In this document: positions 54,025 to 64,000 of the stretch, in pieces
Position numbering within the stretch: position 1 is the stretch's first letter
Layout: each line of letters opens with the position of its first letter
NCBI RefSeq assembly: GCF_009914755.1
Contig: NC_060930.1
Reading direction: 5' to 3' (one strand)
Length of the DNA stretch: 64,000 bases
DNA from: the human T2T-CHM13v2.0 reference genome, Homo sapiens
Position numbers and translations under genes: made by a program
Notes under the pieces: model-generated
What the model was told of the DNA's origin: nothing
Seen by the model: the letters and a program-made list of their open reading frames with translations, nothing else
Database searches by the model: none

Positions 54025-54776
54025 TGAGCATTTCTTCACACCCAGCTTGTATTGGAATGTTTGAATAGAATTTGCTGAACGTCTTCTGTAACCAGTGCCA
54101 CATTTTGAGGCCATCTACAAAACCGTGTACTCATACTTCACTCTTTATTTTTAACAGATCTGAACATCTATTTAGTAGGAATACTGGGAAAACTTGATTT
54201 TCTCAAAGGGAAAAGTGATTTTGTCAGTTGGATAAGTGTGTCCAAACAATAGGAAATCTAACTGACATACATGAGCCCACTCTTTCTATGGTAAGTATTT
54301 AATTATGTTAGACAAAGACCTGAGAACTGTTGCTAAGTTCCCAGTGGATGCTAAAAATAGGTAGGATACTGTGGTTTCATTATCTGAACAGGGGCGAGGA
54401 GACTTTAAAAATGTCTAGTTAAGGGCCATTCATAGTCAATCAAGGTTTATTTAAATAAATAGCAATTAAATGTAGAGCATTTATACAAAAATAGAGGAAA
54501 AATAGAAATCATGTTCTATATTGGCTATTAAGATAAACAACAGAACATAAAACTCTACTAAACAAATACAGTGAAAAATAAAACCATATACTGCAAAATT
54601 TTGATTACTGGAGCTCTTTAGAAAGGAGCTGATCATTGACTTTTCTGTATGGCTCAGGGTTTATATCTTTAAGAAGTGATTTTTTTAAAGACTTCGAATG
54701 GAAAGCTCTCTAAAATGGACCCCATGCTTCCAAGCATTCTTAAACATAGTATGAAGAACACAATCTAACCTCTTCC

Positions 54777-55193
54777 TGATATGGTTCGGATGTGCGCTCC
54801 TCCAAATCTCATCTTGAAATGTGACCTCCAATGTGAGAGATGGGCCTAGTGAGAGGTGTCTGAGTGAAAGGGGAAGATCTCTCATGAATAGCTTGGTGCT
54901 GTCCTTACAATAATGAGTGAGCTGTCACGCTATTAATTCATGCCAGAGCCGGCTGTTTAAAAGAGCCTGGGACCTCCTCCCCTGTCTCTTGCTCCCTCTC
55001 TTGCCATGTGACATGCTGGCTCCCCTTCACCTTCCACCAGGACTACCTTCCCGAAGCCTTCATCAGAAGCGCAGCAAGATACTGGTGCCATGTTTGTAGA
55101 GCCTGCAGAACTGTGTGCTGAATAAACCTCTTTCCTTTATAAATTATCCAGTCTCTGGTATTCCTTTATAGCAATGCAAAACAGACTACCACA
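54777..55193 (+). mobile_element. MSTB-like solo LTR
   Basis: tgatatggttcggatgtg...ggtattcctttatagcaatgcaaaacagactaccaca. Confidence 0.88.
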
Positions 55194-55294
55194 GGGTCTC
55201 AATTAATTCATATTAATCTCTATTATTCTAGAGTCCTGTGTTAATACAACAATGTCCTCAATATCAGCTTAAGTGCATAGAGCTGTTTGTCTCT

Positions 55295-55460
<166 letters not shown>

Positions 55461-56474
55461 TAGTCCCAGATTTCTGCGTGTTTGTCTGCATCTTCTCTCT
55501 TTGCCTGGCTGTGACTTCTCCCTGCAGCCATATGTTTACCTTTCATACCCCTTATCTCTGTTAGTGATTGGAAAGTTGGGTCCAAGTTTGTGAAAATTTT
55601 TTATTTGTTAACTAAAAATATATTCATTCTGGTGAACATCTGACAGTTTAAGAGGAATGGATATGAGCCTTTTTATTTTTTATTTTTCGCTCTGCCTGTT
55701 CCAGATTATATCTTATTATCAATTGATGTATAATGCAATAAAAGCTTTTTATAAACCATAAAGCATTAATACAGCTATAAAGTAGTGTGAGTATCTTTAC
55801 TGATTTTTGTGCAACCTGCATTTCCCAGCTAGCCAGCCATGCCCACCCCTTCTAGGCCCTGAACTGAAGGCACTTATCCACCTACTGGTTATCTTTATTA
55901 AGTGACTGGGCAAATAGATTGAGATGGTGCCAGTAGTGTAGAAATAGATTGTACCAGGATCTTGGATTTTATGTTCAGGAGTCACAGTTGGCTCATTTTT
56001 GCAACAAGTTCGACTGAGCATCCTGGCCACTATGCTATTCCAGGCCCCAGGCTTGCTGGAAGCATTGGGGCGGGTGTCCAGGTGGAACTCTGTAATTTCC
56101 CTGGAGGCTGGTGGGGCCTGGGGCACCTGGAACCCTCAGGGCAGTCTCCTCCTGCTGAGAGCAGCCTTAGTGGTTTATCTCAGTTTGCTGTACAGATTTC
56201 ATGCGCTGTGTATGTCATGGTGTGAAAAATGCTGAGAAGGCCGGATGTTAGGTGGTTATACTGAGTTGCAAGTTGTTGCATTGAAGGTTATGGATGGCGT
56301 GTCCTCTACCCTGCTTGGCAGGCTTTGCTGCAAATGCATTTTTTGTCCTTGTCACAGTAAACAGAGACATCTATATTTGAGAGTTCACTCTCATTAAGCT
56401 ACTGATTTAGTTCTCTGTGAGACAACCAGGCTGGTCCTAATATATGAAAGTGTTTTAATAGTTAAATTCATTCA

Positions 56475-56787
56475 GGCTGGGCATAGTGGTTAATGCCTGT
56501 AATCCCAGCACTTTGGGAGACGGAGGTGGGCAAATCACCTGAGGTCAGGAGTTCAAGACTAGCCTGGCCAACATGGTGAAACCCTGTCTTTACTAAAAAT
56601 ACAAAAATTAGCCAGGCGTGGTGGCGCATGCCTGTAATCCCAGCTACTCGAGATGCTGAGGCAAGAGGTAGGCTGAGGCAGGAGCCTGAGCTTGAGCCCA
56701 GGAGGCGGAGGCTGCAGTTAGCCAAGATCGCCCCACTGCACTCCAGCCTGGGTGACAGAGAGACTCTGTCTCAAAAAAAAAAAAAAA
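56475..56787 (+). mobile_element. Alu, AluSx-like, with an internal duplication
   Basis: 15-bp TSD agttaaattcattca (56460-56474, 56788-56802). Confidence 0.95.
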
Positions 56788-58429
56788 AGTTAAATTCATT
56801 CATTGGACACGTATTTCTTGAGCACAGACAGTGTAATAAACTCTGGAGACACAGGTTGAATAACATAAGACTCTTCCTCCAGTGGGCTTGGGAGGGAGAT
56901 GGCTGGGTACACAAACAGTCACCATCTGATGTGATGAAAGCCCCGCACAATTCTGGCCTTCATAAGGGGACACTTACCCTGCCCTTTCTCTCCTGTTCCA
57001 AACACGACATGAACATAGCATGACAAGATTCTCAATCTCGCTAAACACCTCATGGTATGTTTGACCTCCTATGTCATAGTTCTTTGTGATATAACAGCTT
57101 ATTGCATGATTGAAGACTCATGGGTTCATTACATTGCTTATCCTCCTATCCTATCTGCAGCCTCTAGTCCAAGGCTCCCAAGGGCCCCACGATATCTGAT
57201 GCATCTTAGCACAGAGCAAGCTAATGCCGACTCATGCCACATCCCCGTTACACACAAGAGGTCAGAGAGGAAGCAGGGCAGAGCAGTTTTCCTCTGAGCC
57301 AGACCTCAGAGGTGGCCGTGGTATTTTTGTTTTCCCTTCCACCAAACAAAAGGTTTGTTACACCTACAAACTTTCCACTGTAAATGAGGTTGAGACTTCA
57401 TTGAGAAAGATCTGGAATGGAACAGATTAGGTTTTTAAAACCGAATTAAGCTTGAAACAAAAGTTGAGTCAACTATGATGATAATAACATTTGACCTACA
57501 AGAATGAAAGGAAACTACACAAGTAAACAAAGCCGCATTTAATGATGGAGGCCTATTTGCTTTGTTTTGAAAATACAGGATTATTTTGAGCTTCAAAAGG
57601 AAATGTGCTTACGCACAATTTGAAGGTTGTAGTTTCCGTCTCAAAGAAAAATGATTGGAGATTTCACTTGGGTAAAATTTAAGAGAGCTTTGTCCTTTGA
57701 GCACCTAAAATCTTCAGAGTTAAGTTGTGATTTGTCTTTTTTGTCTGATAATGACTACAACTAATGTTAACTGAGCATTTGCCAAGGACTATGCCAATGA
57801 ATTATCTCTTACTAATCAGAAACACAGCACAGTAGTGGTGAGCCAAATTTTATGTTGCTTTTGTTGTATGATAAAAGATTCAAGAGATATAAAAGAAAGA
57901 AAAATAAGGTTATCTCTGAATACAGCATGTGGCATTGCTGTTCTACTGGTAATTATGTGAAGGGCAAGATCACTTTTGAGAACATGCTCGTTACTCCTCC
58001 AAGACCACATTTAGAGTCCGCATGATCCAAGGACAGCAGCTGTGTTTGTTATCAATTCAGATTCTACTTTGTACTTTGTGGACCCCAATAATGTACCAGC
58101 AAGAAACTCGAGTCTCCTATGTTGAGAAAAATGTGACTTTGGCTGTAAGGAGGTTTCAAGAGGCAAAGATTTTTAGTCTCCCTGAACAAAATTTTGTGTT
58201 TTGTTTTTTTTTCCAGGAGAGGTTCATATCAATGCTTGGAATATCTGAAGTACAGGCATTCTGGAATTAATGAATATACCACCCATTCAAGCAAGTCAGG
58301 GAGTTGTGTTGCAAATGGGAAGGCTTCTCATGGGCCTGGAGACCAGAAGGCAATTGCAGACCCCTTCCTCTTCCCAGGGCAGCCAGCTCACCAAGCTTCT
58401 GTCACACTGGCCTCTTTCTGTTCGTCCAA

Positions 58430-59170
58430 CACATGACTCATCTTTTGTATTGGGGCCTTTGTATCTATGTACATTCTGCCTGGAAGGCTCCTTGAACTCT
58501 GCTCTTTTTTTTTCTTAGCTCAAAAATCAAGATTTTTTTTCCCCTGACTGTCTTATCTAAAGTAGACTTTCTCAAGTTAGGGCGTCTATTCTAGTCTACA
58601 ATTGTATGTTATTGCAGGTCATTATTATCTGGCTCCCTTCACCTCCATGTAAGATCCATGACAGCAGGCCCTGTGTCCCTCTTGTTCACCAGTGGGGTCC
58701 ACTTGACATATAGTTGTTGCTCAATGCACGTGTGTGTGTATGTATGTGTGTGTGTGTGTATATATACACACACACATATACATACATATTATATTTTATA
58801 TATACATATATATATATATATATTTAGAGACAGCGTCTCACTCTGTTGCCCTGGCTGGAGTGAAGTGGCATGATCATAGCTCACTGCAGCCTTGACCTCC
58901 TGGGCTCGACAAATCCTCTTGCCTCAGCCTCCTGAATAGCTGAGACTACAGATGTGCACTGCCACACCTGGCTTATTATAATTATAATTATTATTTATTT
59001 GTAGAGACAGGGTCTCGCTGTGATGCCCAGGCTAGTCTTGAACTCCAGGCCTCAAGGGATCCTCCCAACTCAGCCTCCCAAAGTACTGGGATTATAGACA
59101 TGAGCCATTGCACTGGCTCAATGCATATTTATTAAGTGAATGAATGAATGAGAAGTGAATTCGTGAATAA
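58430..59170 (+). mobile_element. L2 3' end interrupted by an Alu
   Basis: ctgcctggaaggctc...tgtaagatccatgacagcagg...tgctcaat...aagtgaatgaatgaatg. Confidence 0.7.
58729..59116 (-). mobile_element. AluJ-like whose tail is a (TG)/(TA)/(CA) microsatellite (58729-58823)
   Basis: TSD gctcaatgca (58719-58728, 59116-59125) encloses both the microsatellite and the Alu. Confidence 0.92.
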
Positions 59171-60529
59171 ATGAATAATATGAATTTAGCTATATTAGCA
59201 AAATGGGATATTACAGGACAGCACACAAACCTTATTACTGTTGTTTCTCTGAAAAATATGCCCCCTGAGAATGCAACTTGTGAATGGGCAAGAGACTACA
59301 TAAAAGGGTTAAAAAGGGCTAGGGCATCAAAAGTAGAAATAACAATATACAGACATGAAATTTGCCTCTGAAGAAGCATAAAGGAAATCTGCTTGCCTTG
59401 AATAATCTTTAAGTCTGAAAACACTTCATCTATCAAAATCCTGTCACGTGTCACTAGTTCCCACTCCCAATAACACTTTTCTTGAGAAGATAGAAATGTG
59501 CACCCACATTCTTGACTGCATCACGCTTCCTGCAAACATTGCGGGTGGAGAGACGGGAGAAAAAGCATCAGGGAAGTGTTGAAATAACTCATATTAGTGA
59601 CCCCTAATTCCACAGTCAGTTTTAAGTGGGCAACTCTGTCTTCAGAAGCCTTAGGCTTTTGAATCTGTAGAAATCTGCAGCTCACAATGTAAGCTGTTGG
59701 CTACCAGGAAATGAAGGGATGAAATACTAATTTGATGAGTAGAGGAGGGAGGATGTTTGCTCATAGAGTTGTCTGCAGGTTGTGAGAGAGTGCCAGAATT
59801 TGGGCTTCTGGAGGAGGGAGAGAAGATTGGAGCAGTCTGAAAGAGAAAAACAAAGTCCTCTGGTCCTGAGACCTTCCGCCAGGGATTGAGAGGCTGGGGT
59901 AGAGGTTAGGGGCTGGAGGGAGAAGTGAGAGCTGCAGTTTGGGGAAGTTCTGGGATCTTCTGCTTCTATCCCTGCACACAGCAAGCCATTGGGATTTTCC
60001 AAAGCTTCAGGATAGATGAGACAGTGCGGCCCAGAGTCTGAAGTGGCCTCAGCTATGTAGGCAGAAATATGTTGGTGATGCCTGAAGGTTCTTGTGTGAG
60101 CGTGAGAGTAAGCTGGCAGCTAATTCCCTGCCACTGAGCCTGCTCCTTCTTGTCTTAGGGTTACAGTCTTGGGTTACGGTGTCACTGACATAATCTCCAA
60201 AGATCTGATCATGTCTTCTAATGTGTCCTAAGAACCACTTGAGAGGTACCAAGTCCTGTAGAGATTCAGAGGAGGAAAAGTGCACTTCTGGCTGTGGGTC
60301 AGGAAAAGGCTCCAGGAAAGAGCTGGCTCGGAGGGATAAGGAGGCTTTTAGTGGATGGGGAAAGAAAAGCATTCAAAGATGAAACAGCGAGAGCAAAGTA
60401 CAGAGGGAACGCAGAGGTGTTGTCAAAGACTGATGTGGAGACCTGCTGCATGTACTTGGGAGGAGAGGGAGGGGCTAACAGCCACTGGGAACTATGGATG
60501 GAGGCAGTGTTCTCAAGAAGAGTAAAACA

Positions 60530-60568
60530 GTAAAAACAAACAAACAAAAACAAAACAAAACAAAAACA
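60530..60568. repeat. (CAAA/CAAAA)n simple repeat
   Basis: Read directly. Confidence 0.85.
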
Positions 60569-60649
60569 GAGGCTGATGACAAAGGAGGCACTTGAAAAAC
60601 ACCACTTTTGCCAGGGATTGATTGGCATCACCTTCTCCTGAATGAAGTA

Positions 60650-61260
60650 ATCATTTCTTTGACAATAGATATTTATTAAATTCCCACTACATTGCCAGGT
60701 GCCATCCTGACTTTGGGAATAAAACAAAGGCTAGTAAAGATGAAAACAAAAGTCCCTTCCTTCGTGGAGTTTACATTTCAGTGGGGAAGATAGGAAGTAA
60801 ACAAATAACAAAGTCAGTCAGAAAGTGGTAAATCCTATGGAGAAGAATACAGCTCAGCCGGGGAGCAAGGGTACCGGCAGTGGCACAGAAGCCGTGTTGT
60901 CTGGGACTGTGAAAGCAGACACTCTGCCTCCCAAGGTTTCATGCACATGCTCATTCATTCATTCATGCTCTTTGCTTATATTTATTTTGCCAGGCACTGG
61001 GGCAGAGCTATAAACAAGATGAGCAAAATCTATTCCTCATGGAGCTCAGGGTCGAGTAAGCAAGTAACAAATAAATAATATCATGATAAGTAGTGGTAGT
61101 GGTCATTGTGATAGAGAAAAATAGCAGAGGAAGGAGATAAGAAGGGACGGGGGTGGGGGGTGGGTGGGGGATAGTAAGGAGATGATACTTGAGCACAGAA
61201 GGAATGAACTATGAATATCCCAGGAGGAGAAAAGCAAGGACAAATGCCCTGAGAGGCACT
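60650..61260 (-). mobile_element. Two L2 3'-end fragments
   Basis: atatttattaaattcccactac...ggagtttacatttcagtgg; then ctcattcattcattc...tgccaggcactg...ctcatggagctca. Confidence 0.7.
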
Positions 61261-62194
61261 GAATTTTGAGTGTCACGGAATGGTAAATTCATGCATGACA
61301 ATGTCTTCTCTCTCCTCTTCTTTCTTTTATATTAAACACATCTGCTTCTCGGCAAAGGATCTGTGTAAAGCAAGGCATCATCTTACTGCAAGGGGAGACA
61401 TCGTTGGGGTCTGGTTAGAAGATCTGGCTCTATTTTCTCCAATGAAGGTCTTTATAGGAAATCTGCATTAGTGCCTTGTCCATGTTCATAGACCCTCTGC
61501 TTCATGGCAGAAGGGCGCTGACTTGAAGGCCCCTAAGCAGCGAAGGAAGGGGAGCCTCTGTCCCCTCCCTAGCTGGCTTCCCTGGCACATGCTGGTTTCC
61601 CTCCAATTCTGTGGTGCACATCATGACCAGCAGAGGAAAGAATTCAGCTGGACCACCTCAAGCTCTGTGTGACGGAGTTGAAAGCTTTGCTGATGTATAT
61701 GTTGGTGGTCAAGGAAGGCTTTCTGAACACTTACCTGGTGCCCACAGAGGCTCTGAGAGCTGGAAGCTGGAAAGAGTCAGTCTGGGGTCCTAAAAGGTAT
61801 CTTCTCTTCAGTGCCAACATCAGGGGCATATTGGTGATAGAAACAGGGTCTCTGCATGACTACAGGCACCATTAATTGGTTCAGTTTTCTTCCATTTCTC
61901 CTGAGCTCACCCTGACCCTATGCACTGCTGACCAGGAATTCTAACCCGCAGCATCGTGGGTGGGCCCACCTTGCAGCCTCATCACGGTTGAGTTTGTTAC
62001 TCTTATTGATGAAGAAACTGAGACTCAGAAGGATAAAGGCCCCGACCCAGGGTTACACAGTGGTGGGGCAAGGACATGAGCCCAGCTTCTCTCACTTAGA
62101 GGAAATCTGCAAGGACGATCATTGTGCTGAAAGAGGAGTGGGAGGGGGTCTGAACTTCTGAGGCAGCCTCGCTTCTGCAGCGTTGTCTGTGGTA

Positions 62195-62358
62195 AGGACA
62201 CACCACCCTGGCTGCACATTAGAATCACCTGGGCAGCTTTTAAAACTTACCTCGGGCCAATTAAAACAGAATCTCTGGAGGGGAGACCCAGGCATCGGGG
62301 TTTTTTTTCCAAAACTGCCCAAATGGTTCCAATGTGTAGCCCAGATTAAGAACCACTG
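62195..62358. mobile_element. MER5-family MITE
   Basis: ctggctgcacattagaatcacctggg...cagaatctctgg...ttaagaaccactg. Confidence 0.8.
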
Positions 62359-62891
62359 TTTAATGGCAAACTCAGTTGCAGCTGTTGAAAAGTTTTTTAA
62401 ATGCAATAATCTTGGAATTCTCTTGTTTTAAAAAGGACTAATAGCTTGCTATTTCTTCCTTCTCTGGTCACTCCAGAGTAGTCATTTTTCAAGATAAGGA
62501 CCTGGGTTAAGTGAGCATAAAAACATGAATAAAAATTAAAATAAATTACTAAGTGAGAAATAAAAGCCATGAATAATGTAACAAGGGGAAGAGCTGGAAG
62601 AACTAGGGCAGAAAGCAAAGCAGAGAAAAGAAGAAGAGGGTCACTGGGGAAGCCTCTGTGGAGTTGGAATAAAAATGGAGGAAGGAAAGCTGGTGTGTAA
62701 ATCCTGTCTTTTTGATACTCGGGCCCAGTAAGTATCTAGGATACCTGAGGGATTTCAGTTCTTGCAGATGATTGACAAGCTCCAGCCACAGGCTGCCAGC
62801 ATCCCGCAGAAAGAGCAGCCATGCCCAGGTCTGTACAGCGTGTTCTAGACTGAGCAGGGCACGGTGAAGAGCAGTAGAATTGCAGTCACAT

Positions 62892-63242
<351 letters not shown>

Positions 63243-64000
63243 TCACGTAAGCCCCAGGCCTTTGTATTGGAATCCAGGGGAGATGATGAGGAGGAAGGGG
63301 CCTTGTTTTGTTTGAAAAAGCCCCAGTGATTTGGTCATACTCCTTCCCTCTGCCTTCCCTTTTCTTCTCCACCCCTACACTGAGAATTACTGTCCCCACA
63401 AGGGCTCACCCGTGTGACCAGCTCTCCTGCAGGTCCAAAACAATCCAAAACTTTGTGACTAGCATATCATTTGCACCTTCCAGGCAGCTTCTGAAGGAAC
63501 ACACTCCCACTGGGAAGGGTGGCAGGTAATGATTCCCGGAACCTGTCACTCAATGATTGACATTAGTCTTAGTCATGGTTACCACCAAAACTTCCCCAAA
63601 GGAGGGACGTCCGGGTCCTTTGATTGACCAATAGTATATTCTCTAGGAAGATTTGCTTCCAACCAATTCCCAGCAAGCTCAAGCAATAGATGACAAAATT
63701 TTATAAACCCAAATATTTTATCAAATGGTAACCAAGTTTTGGGTCTTCGGATAACACGTTGTTTCTTAGACACAGTCCACTAAATAGAGACCTCCCCATA
63801 AATGATTTGTTTGTTTGAACTGGTGATTCTTCGTCATCAATTTATTATGGTTGAAAGTTGAGAAGGCACATACAATTGCCAGATATTTGGGGGACAATTG
63901 GAAGGCACCGAGTTTCCTAAATGACCTATATGAAATTGTAGTTGAGCTGGGGCAAGACAGTTAGGAGCATATTTGGATGAATTTTGTTCTCAGGTATTGT

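Noticed and set aside
54772-55198. MSTB LTR without matching 5-bp TSD (cttcc vs gggtc); likewise weak TSDs at LTR8, MER34 and MSTA 40116
   Set aside because: Could indicate inter-LTR recombination, but short old TSDs decay and my boundary calls are uncertain.

Overview
Repeat-rich simian primate (probably human) genomic DNA with no recognisable protein-coding exon, RNA gene or CpG island. Almost every ORF in the supplied track comes from Alu, L1, LTR or tandem-repeat sequence. The window is a mosaic of about 19 Alu (J/S-type) copies, about 27 MaLR/ERVL/ERV1 LTRs on both strands, L1/L2/MIR fragments and hAT-family MITEs, many with intact target-site duplications (TSDs). Subfamily names are from my recall of consensus sequences, not from a search. 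I see no new gene system. The most unusual signals are mutational and retrotranspositional footprints: (1) a 27-bp hairpin-forming minisatellite at ~46.0-46.7 kb that appears to have grown from a small inverted repeat, is bounded by inverted and direct repeats, and contains a perfect 38-bp palindrome; (2) an Alu with A-tail + 23 nt foreign sequence + second A-tail inside its TSD (candidate 3' transduction); (3) an Alu whose middle is replaced by the flank of a neighbouring Alu (candidate ectopic gene conversion); (4) an L1-type processed retrocopy of a THE1 LTR-element transcript; (5) an isolated 102-bp copy of an LTR end 1280 bp from its likely source.
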